From Botryllus schlosseri (Eukaryota), in the NCBI GenBank assembly GCA_051294905.1, contig CM119371.1, positions 20,648,001-20,712,000 on the forward strand: a stretch of DNA of 64,000 nt, read 5' to 3'. The notes under the pieces were generated by a model. That model did no database searches. It was not told where the DNA came from and was given only the letters and a program-made list of their open reading frames with translations. The translations under genes and the position numbers were made by a program. Positions 12,615-26,487 of the stretch are shown here, one piece after another. Every line of letters starts with the position of its first letter. Position 1 is the first letter of the stretch.

Positions 12615-13508
12615 TTACATTGAATGCTTTCCACATATTTCACAACGGTAATTCACTGCCGCATGGACGGAATAGTGTTGTTTCAGATGAGACTTCCTCA
12701 TAAAGCGTTTCCCGCATATACCGCATTCATACCTGCTCTCTTTTAAGTGGATCATCTTCGTGTGTACCTTAACGTACGACTTCGAGCGAAATCTTTTACC
12801 GCAAATGTCGCACTGATGCTGCTTTTCTCCGGTGTGAATCTGACAGTGATATGTTAGATGGGATTTTTGACCGAAACCTTTTCCGCATATATCACAGACG
12901 TATGCTTTTACTCCAGAATGAATTAAATAATGTGTTTTTAAATGACTTTTAGTAGTGAAGTCTTTTCCGCATATATGACACACATATTGTTTCGCTCTGG
13001 TGTGAATCATATAATGCATTTTCAGTTCACTGTTCTGTCCAAACCCCTTTCCGCATATACTGCAGTCATAATATTTCATTCCGGTATGAAGCAGATAATG
13101 GGTCTTCAAATGGGTGTTTGTAACGAAAGCCTTACCACATACATCGCATTTATAGTTTTTGATTCCCATGTGTGTAGCATAATGATTTGTAAGTTGAAAC
13201 TTTCGCGAAAAGGTTTTCGCGCATACCTTGCACTCAAACTCTTTCAGTACGGCGTGGATTTTCATGTGCGTTCTCATGTCAGATTTCTTGATGAAAGGTT
13301 TTCCGCATATGTCGCACTCAAATTCTTTAATTCCGGTATGAATTTTCAAATGGACTTTCATGGCATGCTTCCGGGAGAATGCTTTTCCGCAAACGTCACA
13401 AATATTCTCACTGTCCTCGTCACGATGTCGCGAATTGACATTGTCATTCCTCACTATGCGAGGAGACTTTGATTCTATGACTTCCATCTGATTCAATACG
13501 CCGGCCAT
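12615..13508 (-). CDS. Tandem C2H2 zinc-finger protein (9 complete fingers plus a broken 10th)
   Basis: Repeated CxxCGKxFx5Lx2Hx3H with linkers such as TGIKEFE, TGMKYYD, TGEKQHQ; 297-aa ORF; upstream exons cannot be excluded. Confidence 0.92.
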   Translation of the reverse strand: MAGVLNQMEVIESKSPRIVRNDNVNSRHRDEDSENICDVCGKAFSRKHAMKVHLKIHTGIKEFECDICGKPFIKKSDMRTHMKIHAVLKEFECKVCAKTFSRKFQLTNHYATHMGIKNYKCDVCGKAFVTNTHLKTHYLLHTGMKYYDCSICGKGFGQNSELKMHYMIHTRAKQYVCHICGKDFTTKSHLKTHYLIHSGVKAYVCDICGKGFGQKSHLTYHCQIHTGEKQHQCDICGKRFRSKSYVKVHTKMIHLKESRYECGICGKRFMRKSHLKQHYSVHAAVNYRCEICGKHSM

Positions 13509-13897
13509 TCTTTGAATATCTTCGCAATTACTTGTGCTCTTAATATAGTTCAGTACTGCATTCTCAAAAGATTAGCAGAAGATTACAACTTTCCATATCA
13601 CAGAGGATCGCAATATAATATATTACACAGTCATGGAAGGTAGAATTTGCTATATTGGGCTGAATTATAGGTAGATTTATTTCAATACGTTCCTGGTCAA
13701 TTCCATGTGTAATTTTACGAGTAGGTCAAAACCAAGTGAATTGGACTTGAAGTAGACTCGAAGTAGTATGTGAAGTAGTCTTGAGAAGTATTCAAGTATT
13801 ACGATCAGGAATATACATGCTAGAGACTAGCAAAGAATGACTAAAATCAATTCATGTCAATTTCGCTGCCAAATATTGTGATGCTGGTCATATACAC

Positions 13898-14281
13898 CAG
13901 TGGTTTCCAACGTTTTTCTACTCATCGCCCTCCTTCAATCTCGAGACAAGTTTTAACCCCTCTCTATCTACGTATCCCGAAAATAGGACATACAAACGGG
14001 AAATTTATGAACTCAACTCTGATCGCTAGTGAATTTACTAAAAAACGGTCATTTTCCCGAGGTGCATGTGCTCGGAAAACCGGCTTCCGCATCTGCTATC
14101 CGTTGAGTTGACCTATTTTTGCATCATAATCAGAATGAGCCGCCTTCGCGAGATTTTTTAGGCCTTGTTTTTCAATATATCCCACTCGACGTCCTAGCAT
14201 TGTCGCCCCAATCGCCCCTACGTCACCCCCTTTGGTATTTTCACCCCTGGTTCTCAATATCGCCCACGTTGGGAACCACTG
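13898..14281. mobile_element. hAT MITE
   Basis: TIRs CAGTGGTTTCCAAC / GTTGGGAACCACTG; perfect TSD ATATACAC. Confidence 0.9.
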
Positions 14282-17200
14282 ATATACACAGTATATATGT
14301 CGCACATATAATTGCATGCGATTTTGCTCATGACGGGGAACGAGATATATTTCATTGCCACTTTCGACTTGGCGAAATCTACAAAGCGAAAGAAAACTGG
14401 AAGAAGTCATGTAGACTAATAAGAGTGAAGGAGAAGTGCAAAAATTAGATTGTATTCGTCAAGATTTAAAAAAGGGATTTCCTGAACCATTCGTTCTCAA
14501 AATCGCGGTATACCAGCACAAAAATATTGGACTGTGCATAATCCGAATTTCATATTTGCAAAGTGTCTGAACACCCCTAGCACATTCAATGCCACCAAGC
14601 AATGCGTTGGGATTGTGAACATTCTGCACAATGGTTGCGTATTTTCAATATCTTATTTTGATATGATGAGAAGGGGTGCAAATATTTTGACCATGATCAA
14701 GCGGATTCGTCGAAAAAAGTTTGAGAATCGCTATCCTAAACGGTGCCTTGATAACTGTATAATAAAAAAGGAACTCATGTTCGAGTTCTCTAAATTCCAC
14801 TGCAACTATAGAGAGGTCTCCACTTTCACTTTTGTCTAAGCCCAAGAATGATACGTTCATTTTCTGGCGCTCCCTCTCCCACACTCATTACACGATCCGA
14901 AGCGGATCATAGTGAATTATTGCAAAACATGTAGCCTTAAAATGCGACTAATTCTCCTTTCAATGCAATTGCTGGTTGTATTATTGTTGTAAGTAGACCG
15001 GGTTTATGTAGACAGAGATGCATTGTAGACGATACTCACTTATCAGTGTTTGAATAATAAATATAGCTCAATTATCCATTAAATGCTACATGTCAAGTGC
15101 GACTATTAAACCTACATAAATAACAATGCCGACCTCTCAAAAGTTTCATGCAAAGGTATTAGTTAATTCCATAGCAATCAGATAATGGTCCGTCATTGGT
15201 AGCTTTGTTCCGAATACAAATGAATATGATAATAATTCCTCTCTAGTACATTTCCTAATAATTGGGTCATATGCATGTGGCAAACCCACTATATTAAACA
15301 TCGTCATTTGTTGTATATTGACTACCCCATGATATTTTAAACAGTAAACACTAGATCACAAATTCGCCGTCGCTATAACTCGTAATTACTGTAAGCGGTA
15401 CGTTTCGAAATGACCTGTAGGCGTATTATCAACTTGATCGCATACGTAATTATAACGAAAGAAATCTATAGTTTGATTTTAATTATAGTCTGTTACTTTA
15501 TAAGTGAATCTCAACGGAAGTCGACATTTTTGATGCTCCTGTGCATACTAATTTGTCAGCCCTGCAATAATAAATGGAGGGAAATACAAACGAGTCGAAG
15601 CAGATTCTTCGTTGTCGGAAATTCCACCATGGCACGATGCTCTGTATCGTAATCATCCCCTCGAAATTGGAGATATTTTGAGCGAAAACGAATTTTAGAT
15701 GATCATCAGCTGTTCTGAAGAGAATTGCCTCCGAAGTTGAAGTGAGACAAACAACGGCAAACGTCTTAATTTTGAAAACTAGTTACAACTTATCAGAAAT
15801 TTCTTCATTCTCTGTTTTCGAAATGAAACAAAGTAAACAGATTTATAAAACGACAATAATATTGAGTCTCTATGCAGCAATCACGAAAAGCGGCTTGCAA
15901 TAATGAGCAGAAGATGTGCCATTTATCAGCAGCTTTTCCTAGTTTTTCTCAGTTTACTTATGATTAGACAACAATCGTGGGCATATCTGGTGGTTGCTAT
16001 TAACTTGTGTCGAGACAGCAACAACTGGTTTAGCACAGACAGCGAACCAAATATTCCGTTAACCTTTCACATTCATTGCGTAATAAATCAAATTAAACTT
16101 AAGTAACCGGCCCATATTGATAAGGAATAAGAATGGCTAGCATTAGAATTTGATAATGTCCGACGGAAAAAATAGAATATTCCCACTAACCTACTTATGC
16201 TGCCCTTTGAGCGAAGGTGTTCACGGCTAACAAAAGAACACTATCGTCTAAATTACAGCTATGGTGCAACACAAATCTGAACTAATTCTTTTCACAATGT
16301 GAAATCAAAACTACAAAGCTAATGCGCACCATTCTAACATACGAAGACAACGACATACATCTCGAAAAAACTGGTCGTGCGTCAACTTCTCAACTAGGTT
16401 TGTTTTAAACTAGATGCACACCAGTAATGCTGGGCGACTCACGCGCATCTCGAATAGCGAACTAAGGGACTTCTCATTTACGTTGAAATGAAGCCATAGG
16501 AATACTAATAATGACGGGCGACTCACGCGCTTTCACTGAAGGAGAGCGACACGTAGTTTGCGAGAAAATGGCAAAGCTGCGGCCTTTTTTATTACTCTCA
16601 TCTTTGCTACAACAGTGGTGGTCACAACATGAGCTCGATATTAACTGATGCCGCCAAGACACCACACTCGATTTTCCATGGGAACTATTTACCAGTGTTT
16701 GGATGACTCAAGGCCTGACTTGACAGGAATCAGACTCCAGACAAGTTTTTTGTATGACTCCAGTTGACTCGAGTCTCTTTGCAAAAATGATTTGACTTGA
16801 CTCTGCACCTCACAACTGCGGATTGACTCGTGACCCGAAGCAACATTTACAGGTCAATTTCAAGTCATTTAGTAAGTGGTGTCGAATGAATCACCCTATC
16901 TTATGTATTCCCAAATTGTCCGCGATCGTCTGTGATACTTGTCAGAGCAACGAGTCATTCACTGATTGTATATTACACTGATCCTCCATGGTTACATCAC
17001 AAATCAATCGACCGCAAACGAAAGGATCACAACTTACGTTGTTGTAGTAGAAGTAAATTATTCTAATAACAACGTTTCTTTGTTTCGTATGCGGCTCACC
17101 TCCTACATTACGCTGTGCTCACCTTTAACAACACTCACGCACAGATTCGATTGCTACCGTCGTTATTACGGCGGCAAACGAGGCCTAGAAAAGAGACCCG

Positions 17201-17773
17201 TCAAAGAAATAAAAACAAATAGCTTCCAACAAAGGACCGAAGAAAAGCAATGAAATCGGAGAAGGTTAGTAGTTCAGGCATCCCCAATCATGTGTCGGGA
17301 ACCTTTTTTGATACAAATAAGTCAAGATTGACCCCGTACGCCTGCTAGATTTTTTGCATCAGACAACGGTATCAATTTCATTGTTTGGTTGAATAAGTAT
17401 CATTCGCTGACTAATACATGTACTGTATTTCGCTCTTGATGTTGTGTGATTGCGGGTCAAGCTCACAGCAGAGAGTCACTAAATATTCACAAACGGAAAG
17501 CTGGATATTTCGAGCAAACGCTTGTAACAAAACAAGTAAAATTTTTGAGATTGTCAAGATGCATGCTCGTTTAGTGTTCATATTGTTTATGCTGCCATGG
17601 CCATTCATTGAGTGGCCTGCAGTTGAAATGAAGGAAATTTCAACCAAATATGTTAAAATGACGTGAAAATTATAATACATGAAAAATATTCACAGTGCAG
17701 AACCCAAGGTTCGTTTGTGAACGTGAACCTCTAAATTTCTCAGGTTCACTCACAGAACGCGAACGTGAACCTC

Positions 17774-19327
17774 ACGTTCACACCATCCCTAGTAATTAAT
17801 CATTGAGTGATCAATATCAATTCAGACTACATAGTGGCCCAATATATTCAAACTTAGTTTTAATGTATCAAGATTTCCAACTTGTTGAATGGATTTGGGG
17901 TCACATTGTTGCTTGTGTTGTTACGAGTACAAATACAACGGCGCCTAGAAGTAAGGAACCTTTAAAAATTGCCCGAAACCTGAAATGGTACCGTTAAAAT
18001 TGATAGATCTAGCACGGGAGTTGCCAACCTTTTCAGCTAAAGGCCACACGATATTTACGAACCACTGCGTGGAAAACTTGACCGTTGATGACTTTTTGTA
18101 ATCGTCCGATAAAGCGAACCAAATTAGGTAACGTTGAAAACAATACTCTATTATTATACACATTAAAAGTAATAACGTATATGTTGATGTCGTGAATGGG
18201 CCAAGCACGAAATTTAAATCAAAGTTAATGAATGAATTCGATCCATAATAATATTTCTTAAATATATTGCTGGCCGCCTCATTATAACACTGTACTGTAA
18301 TCATTGTGCAAGGACAGGATTATTGGACGCTAAGAAATATCAATAAGGAAGATTTCGGCAAACCTTTGTCTATCATTTTCTACAATGATTTCATCCGTGA
18401 CGATCTTACTTACTGCGAGCACACACATGAATTTGCATGTTGGGAGACAAGTTCTCTAGTTGTGAGTATAGTTAGACTCAATTCAGTAAATTATACGTAT
18501 TTTAAATTTTCAGGGGACTCCAATACTAAAAGCGAGGAATAGGGTGGCAATAATTGCGCGAAATTATAAGAAACATTTCAAGTCGAATAAATCTGCTGCA
18601 AAATATTCTACGTTATGGGCTATTGGTCATATTCGAACATCTACGAAAACTGTGGTTGGCCCCTTGCTACGCCAATGCGTCGGAACTGATGTTTCAGTTG
18701 TCAGCATCCGAAATTTCGAGATCAGGGTAATCAAATTTGGGTAGGCCTTGCAATTTTATCTGGGTAATTATTTGTTTTGATGCTATAACTGTAATTTCGA
18801 GAATGACCTCGCGGGCCAGACAAAACGATCTCGCGGGGTAAAGGTTGGCCGCCCCTGATATAACATGATGTTATTGTGGTAATTCGTTGAGATCATCTAC
18901 TGTCCTATTTTGCTCACTGCATGTGTCAAACTCGTAACCGAAAATATCAGCGCATATCAGTACATACCCTTAATCCTTTGTGAGGAAATATGCAATCTGC
19001 TATCTTTGAAGGTGGGATGGAAGCACTAACCGAGTGTATAATCAAAATCAGATTTTACTGAAGAAAAAATATCAATTTTTTCGCACAATCACTATATGAA
19101 CTATATCGATGCCCAAATATCCTTATAATTACTGAAAGAAAGGTCTTCAACCCCAAATTACATTTAAAAAGTAATCATCATCCATCTAAAACAGTGTTTT
19201 CCAACGTGGGCGAATTTGAGAACAGGGGGTGAAAATATCAAATGGGGTGCGACTGGGGGGGCGATACGGAAAGAAAATATTGGAACTTCTAGTGAGATTT
19301 ATTTATTCAACACGGCCAAAATGCGCG
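17774..19327 (+). repeat. Duplicated segment A, copy 1 (copy 2 at 50302-51869)
   Basis: Colinear near-identity from CACGTTCACACCATCCCTAGTAATTAA to AAAATGCGCG, including a shared hAT MITE (18015-18857). Confidence 0.9.
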
Positions 19328-20220
19328 TGAAAGCGGATTATTCTGCATGTGACGCGAAGAAAGGTCAACTCAACGGGAAGTATGCGCGGAAATCGGTTTT
19401 CCGAAAAGCTACTCGAATAAATTACATTCTTGAGTCAAGTAACCGTCGGAGATTTAGATCAATAAATGACCAGCTTTTATACCCTCTTTTACGGAATTCG
19501 CAATAAGAGGTGGGGTGAAAATTTGTGTCAAACTTGATAATTGGGAGACGAGTCGAAAAAAGTCAGGATTCTAAAACATCGACATTCTGTTATTCCAATA
19601 TTCGTATTTGTGTGTTGTATGGATGAAACCAATATATTGTGAGTGTATTTCAGAGTTGCTTCAACTGAGTTCAAAAATAGTCGGTGCGCTTGAATCTCAT
19701 TTCATTGAATGAAATTTCGTTTTGTTGACCCTGTACGCGTTCAACGTACGACGTCAAATGCATTTCCATCGTGCCTAGCACGCCAATTCACTGTAAATCA
19801 GAGTATGTCAACACGCAGCCCAATGACCACACGAGATCTGCGATCTAATTTCAACTTTCAGATGAACGCTAAGTACAGCATTTTGAAATCCGGAAATTAA
19901 TTTCAGTTTCAAAATATTGTTGTTGTTGTTTCAAGCTATACTCATGTACTTAATGTAACTAATCCCTTAAGCCGGAAACGGCTTCGGGGATGGCAGCAGC
20001 ATTCTGAGCAAAATCAGCGGATAAGAATGGGCAATGGGCATATTACCTTGATGTGCAATTGCCAAGACACTGTTAAAACTGAGACGCTCAGAAAGCAGCT
20101 TGGGACATCACCACAGGATTACGCTTTTCGGGTGGGGTAGTTTTTCAGGTAGTACCGTGTCTCGTGAGCGCTAATATCGATTGCTTAGTTGCCGAAAATC
20201 GTTGTTAGGTATCGTGGCAG

Positions 20221-21392
20221 CAGTGACGTGCGGTGAGGTTTTGGCTGGTGAGGCACGCCACCCCCCCCCCCACACACACACACACACGCACATAAACACG
20301 CACGCACTCACGTAACAATAGCAGCAGGGATAGAGAACGTTTTCTTTGCACACTGACAGCCGTTGCAATTCCATATTCTACGATACATGTAGGACTGCTC
20401 GCTATTGTGCTGAATGGGCAAGTTTAGACGGGTAGTAATTTCTATCTCGTCAAGTACCGGTATAAATTACTCGAAGCACACGAGAATAGCATCCTGTTAC
20501 AATTTTTTTCCGTAAAAAACACTAGATTTGCCGAATTTCGAAAAAAAATGCACTATAGGACACTATAGGCCAAGTCACCATACACTAGTTCAGTGTAAAA
20601 ACACTATGAGTGTCGCCACTGACCACAAACAACGACAACGCAGGCTATGTAAGAATAGCTATGACATACCCAATTACGGGGTTCTGGATATTGCAGCCGA
20701 ACACAGCATAGAGTACACAAACAACGACAATGCAGCAAGTAGCTATCACATACCACAATTCGTAGCTATGAAAGGAAAATGCATAACCACTACATAAGTA
20801 AGGGCATGTATTGACTCCACATTACGTATTGGCCGTCGCTACTAAAGAATTCCTACAAAACTGTTGAATTCCGAAATCGATAGCGCGTTTCACTGCGCTT
20901 CGATTGTCCCATTGTTAGCGAATGGTCTATGAGGCAGATTCGTTCTGCCACACCTGGCTATTGTTTCTCTGCGACGGCATTGTCTGTAATAAAGCCGAAT
21001 GTCACCTTCATTGGCGATTTTGAGGGGGTTCTGGTGCTCTGACACTGGTAATATTTGGATTTTCAGAGTCAGTGTGACGATAGCAATTGATTGATACCAG
21101 TTTTTATGAATTCCGATCTATTTATGATCAATTGCATTGTCGCAGGTGAGGCACGACCCGTCCGTGCCTCACCTGTGCCTTACCTCTCCTTTCGCGCTGT
21201 ATTTTTGAATAATAATTATGTAAATTGATGATGTTGGGTGAAAAAAGGGTTCAAATTTAGTTTTATTATGAACCTCGATGTATACAACATCAATAATCAT
21301 CGACTCATCGATGGTTTTCACGATTTTCACTTACTCACCCAGACGACAGGTGAGGCACTGCCTCACCTGCCTCATTGAGCCGCAGGTCACTG
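20221..21392. mobile_element. Non-autonomous hAT-like element
   Basis: TIRs CAGTGACGTGCGG / CCGCAGGTCACTG; GGTGAGGCA/TGCCTCACC subterminal repeats; TSD degenerate. Confidence 0.7.
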
Positions 21393-22007
21393 GTGCGCAG
21401 CCCGTAATAGTTCAAAATAAAATAAAATTGATGATCATGATATTTTTTGTCGAATTGCATTTCATTATTAAAATAATACTTTTTCTGGTAACTATTCCCG
21501 CCTCTCATGAGAGAACAGCGTTTCACTGACGTAAAGATTTAAAATCGTGGTTGCGAGAAGTGTGGCATATTGTTTTGTGTCTCGATAGCTTGATTCGTGC
21601 AGCCCGCGGTCTCTACGAAATTGCAAACGTGACCCGCAACCCGCTTTGAGTTGACGACCCCTACAGTAAATGCATTTTCCTCAAACCTTTCGCACGCCAA
21701 TTCTTTGTTAACACATTGTGACCAGTCATGTAGAAGTTGTATTGATAAAAACATTTCCTCGAATTATGTGAAAGACACACTTTCCAATAGCGACGATAAT
21801 TTAAAGTACGAGATCCATCTCAACTGAATTTTTCAGTAAATTGTCGCCACCTTATTTTTGTCATTACTCGACACAGGTGAATGTTTTTCAACGAAATTCT
21901 TCACACGTATATATATCGCACTCATACTCTTTCACTTCATCATGACTCTTGCTTTGTCTTGGATTCGGCATTGAATGCTGTCGCACGTACCTCACACATC
22001 CGCATGC

Positions 22008-23069
22008 CTACTGTCGGTATTTCATTTTCGTATGGGCGGAATAGTGTCTTATAAGGGTAGACTTTTTCGTGAAGCCCATTCCGCATATCTCGCACTCATA
22101 TTCATTTGTTTTCAGGTGTACCATCTCCATGTGTGATTTAATGTACGATCTCAAACGATATGCTTTACCGCAAATTTCACACCTATGTTCCTTCACACCG
22201 GTGTGAACCGAATAGTGGGCTTTGAGTAGGTAATGATTACTGAAACATTTTCCGCAGACATGACACACAAAATCTTTCGCGCCAGTGTGGGTCAAATGAT
22301 GTTTTTTCAAATCGACCTTTGCTGCGAAATATTTCCCGCAGATATGGCAATAGTAATCCTTCGTCCCGGCGTGATTCAAACAATGACGTTCAAGGTGAGC
22401 ATTTTGTCGAAAACGTCTTCCGCATATATGGCACTCATGATTTTTGGCTAGTGCATGAATCAACGAGTGTGTTTTCAAATTACCCTTTAAAACGAAACCT
22501 CTCCCGCATATCGAACATATGTGACTTTTTACACCGGTGTGAATCACATAATGGTGGTTCAATTGATATTTTCGTCTGAAACCTTTCCCGCATACATCAC
22601 ACTCGTAATCCGTTGATCCGACATGCGTAAAATAATGTGCTATCAAATACCCCTTTGCTATGAAACCTTTACCACATATATCGCACTTGAACTCTGTAAA
22701 TCTGCCATGACGCTTCATGTGGTTTTTCATCCCGTATATAGTGGTGAATCGTTTCGCGCATACATCACACTCGAACTCCTTCAATCCGAGGTGAATTTTC
22801 ACGTGTCTTTTCAAATTTGATTTCGATATAAATAGCTTCCCACATATCTTGCACTCGTGGTTTTTCATTTCCTTGTGGCATGAATAATGAGATAATTGGG
22901 CAGAACTTCTCACAAATCTTTTTCCGCATATGTCACACTCAAACTCTTTAACTCCGGTGTGAATTTTCATATGGACTCTCATGTAAGACTTGCTCTTGAT
23001 GCATTTCCCACAGACCTCACTAACATTGCCATTGCATCCTTGACGATGCTGAAAATGGGGCTCCATCAT
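22008..23069 (-). CDS. Tandem C2H2 zinc-finger protein (11 complete fingers plus a degenerate first finger)
   Basis: 353-aa ORF of CxxCx12Hx3-4H repeats; first finger reads SEVC (first Cys lost); paralog of 12615-13508. Confidence 0.92.
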   Translation of the reverse strand: MMEPHFQHRQGCNGNVSEVCGKCIKSKSYMRVHMKIHTGVKEFECDICGKRFVRSSAQLSHYSCHKEMKNHECKICGKLFISKSNLKRHVKIHLGLKEFECDVCAKRFTTIYGMKNHMKRHGRFTEFKCDICGKGFIAKGYLIAHYFTHVGSTDYECDVCGKGFRRKYQLNHHYVIHTGVKSHICSICGRGFVLKGNLKTHSLIHALAKNHECHICGRRFRQNAHLERHCLNHAGTKDYYCHICGKYFAAKVDLKKHHLTHTGAKDFVCHVCGKCFSNHYLLKAHYSVHTGVKEHRCEICGKAYRLRSYIKSHMEMVHLKTNEYECEICGMGFTKKSTLIRHYSAHTKMKYRQ

Positions 23070-23854
23070 TTTTAACTTGGTAGGAATACTTTTTCGAACG
23101 GACGCTCATGCGATTCAATGCTGAACCTCTCCTTCAATGTACACAACTAATATCGCGAATAATATGGTTTTATACTGCGTGTTAAAATCTAAAAAAAATA
23201 ACTGCATGGAATGCGGCACTTCTAGTCTCAGAATATTACTGCCTTGCACAAAACATGACCAGAACAGGTTACAATAGTCATGACGTCATACAGAGTCTAA
23301 CATCGCTTGTTCAGCATAGCATGCACATCTTCTCGCGTGAAAGATGCGGATTTATTTAAATGCTATCTTCAACTTGGGGACATCACAAGTAAGTGAACTT
23401 CTAAAAGGTGCGAAACGAAAGTGGAAGTAATCTATCAACGGGGCTATCCGAGGGCTGTTTACTCGAAGCATTGCAAGCGCCGCGAAAGAGTTGGCTGCGT
23501 AAGAGGGGCATTGCTGCGTATTGTATCAAATACAGTCGCCAGGATTCGATTACCAACGCCTAGCTAGTATATAAATTCACGTATACTTCGTTCGTATCAG
23601 TATGTATTGGATGATGTCACATAAAACAGAGCGATGTAATACTACGCAGTGTTGTGGTGTTTTGACTTGATTAAAATAGTAATAAGCTGATACTGATACT
23701 GACGTAATAAACACAAAGTTATTGAATAGTTACGAAGTCGTCTGAGTATATTTGCTACCAGATTGTCGTTTGATAAGCTTTTTGGCGCTGTGCAAGACCT
23801 CTAACCGCCATAACAAAACATAGGACCATTTGGAGAATGTACACTGTAGAGGAC

Positions 23855-25520
23855 CAGCACCGTAACTGCCGCACCCCAAACCCCCCAATTGGGGGGGGCG
23901 AGCTCGAAGGGGGCCCAAAATTATTTCGTGAATTAGCATAAATTATCGAGTATTTTTCCAAAATTTATGCAACGTTTTTCAAAAATTTTTCGCGCTGGGC
24001 GCGATGTCAAGCTGCCAGTCATCTTGAATATTTGTACTCTTCCTCCAAGACAAAACACGCAAGATTTATAGAAATAGACATATCGGCGTTGGCCATTACC
24101 GCGCCGCGACGCACCAAGACATATAAAGATTTAGGACATATTACATGCATCTCCAAGAAGTGTGCCGGAACGATCGGCAGCGCGAAAACTTGGGCCGAAA
24201 AGGACTGCCCACACGCTGTCCGAAAACTTCGCTATATATACAAAATACAGATAGGTTTAATTGTCAATAGGAGCCTAAATGACTGGCGCCGAATGTTCCT
24301 GTCTTGGCAATCTGAACCTGAGAAGACAAATACCATCCCGCAGGGAAAACTAATTGCCAGTGAGGAAATACCAATTTGAAATCGTCTGTGTCTTTTAGTT
24401 TAGTACGTTTGGGCTATTCTATATTTTTTGATATAGCAGACAGGAGGTCACGTCACGTCACATCACGTAACAAAGTCATACCAACGGGTCCGCCCGCCCG
24501 AAGATGTTTAATTATTATTTACGGGCCCTACCGTTTCCGGTAAATCTGATAACGTGAGCAGAGAGGACAAGAAATTGATAGCAATATATATGCAATTCCC
24601 GATCTTATTGGCCGCTTTTATCATGAATAGGGCTGGGTACAATGATTCAAGTACTCGAATCAGAATTGAGTATAAATTTTAATGATTCGAGTCGAGTAGC
24701 AAAGGACGATTTTTTCGAGTACTGAAATTGTACGCTTCTCGCATCGCCATCACTGAATGTTAATCTATCAACGAGAATTATAGTTTCGATACTGATTTTC
24801 TAGCCTTGGAACCTTGATTGGCTGTATCGCAGCACACGAAACATATGGTACAAAGCTACGAAGGTTACTGGATGTAGCACAGTTCCGAAGTCATGATTAT
24901 CCCACAACATCATCACCAAGTGAAATGAAATCGGATAACAGGTATTAAATTATTTGTGGTGACATAAGATTTAGATATTTGAGGTTTGACTTATTATATT
25001 ATGTCATGGCGTCATAATGGGTGATACTCGATTACTCGACTCAAAGCATATTACGTGATACAGCATCGAATCACTCAGGTACTCGATTTTGCCCAGCCCT
25101 AATCATGAATTATCGAAAATTTTCGCGCTTAGCGCTGGCTGACTAGACAGTACGACTAATTTCGTGACAAAAGCGAACAACGTGATGGGGGGGGGGGGCG
25201 GTTTATCACCCTATGGGAGCCAAATACTCAATTTTTTTGGGGGGGATGAAGTGCGGTTTCATTCCTGCCAACGGGTGTACGCCTGATAATATTGACCGAT
25301 TCAATCATGAATTATTTAATTTTTTCGCTCTTCGCGCGATCCAGGAATATCTGAGTCAGTAAACGGAGACTTAATGTAGATGACAAGTAGCGGCAAAGAT
25401 CGGATTGCGAAAGGGGGTTCTGGGGGGCTTCGCCCCCCAGAAGTTCATTTATCACCGTATGGGGGGGGGGCAAGACCAACGTTTGGGGGGGGGGGCTGAC
25501 GAAGTGCTGTTACGGCCCTG
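23855..25520. mobile_element. Non-autonomous hAT element (CAGGGCCGTAAC-type)
   Basis: TIRs CAGCACCGTAAC / GTTACGGCCCTG; TSD TAGAGGAC / TACAGGAC; related fragments near 29130-29479 and 49439. Confidence 0.75.
24628..25101. mobile_element. TAGGGCTGGG-family hAT MITE (third copy)
   Basis: TIRs TAGGGCTGGG / CCCAGCCCTA; perfect TSD ATCATGAA; colinear with 7123-7638. Confidence 0.9.
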
Positions 25521-26487
25521 TACAGGACGATGTTCTATCGGGCTACTCCCGCAGCCATCATCTACAGTACCGCAAACTCGAATCTTCAGCATCTTGTGAT
25601 TCAATATTTTGTTAATAAGGGCTACCAAATCCAATTTCGGTTGCGGGATGGAAAAGCGAGAATGAATATTGAATTCATTTTGACCACGTACTATTATAGG
25701 CGACTAGGTTTTTTGAATTGGTGCCAATCCTACGTACGCTGCAGGCGACTTAACGTTTATCTATATTAATGTTTATCTATCCCATATACGACTTTGATGC
25801 TGTGACCGAAAATTCTGCAACACACCAAAATGAATTGTTGCCACGATGTTATATCGCAAGGGTTGGCAGATATGCTTCATGCGCGAGCCGCATATCTAAA
25901 ATCTCAGTTTTAACCTAGCCGAAACACAACACTTTAAAAATGAGAATTCATTCCGTCACAATGAAATGTAGGCTATCAAATAAAGTTTTTATAACTGTGT
26001 CGTGACACTGTGCGTCTTCGCTTAGGCTGCAAGGTGTTTATAGTCAGGCTGGCATGAAATCAACGCAGTGCGGAGCAGCTCCGTAATATTATTGCTCTCT
26101 AAATCCGTCTCCGGTGGGTAACTCGTGGCAAAGTTTTAGTGTTACGATTAGTAGCTTTTTAAATAATGAAATGATCTTGACAGATATGGACAGAGGCATA
26201 AATCCACTATAACTGAATGAAAACTCTTCTCATATTCTGCTTTAAATGTTCTATTTTCCTGTTCATTCTATCCTATCCTATCCTATCCTTCAATCATCGA
26301 TCAACGGCATTATCTTGGCCAAATTCGACAGTTATTGCTAGCCTTTACAATACAAATGGGAGAGCTGTACTCACTACCAGCCAGGCAATAATAGTGGCCT
26401 GCGCTTCCGTGATTACTTAATTATCAGGCACATTGTTAAACGCCGTGATTTATCATTGATAGATGACTAATGACCATGTACCATACA

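Noticed and set aside
12942..13472. 176-aa plus-strand ORF
   Set aside because: Antisense shadow of the zinc-finger repeat with no independent features
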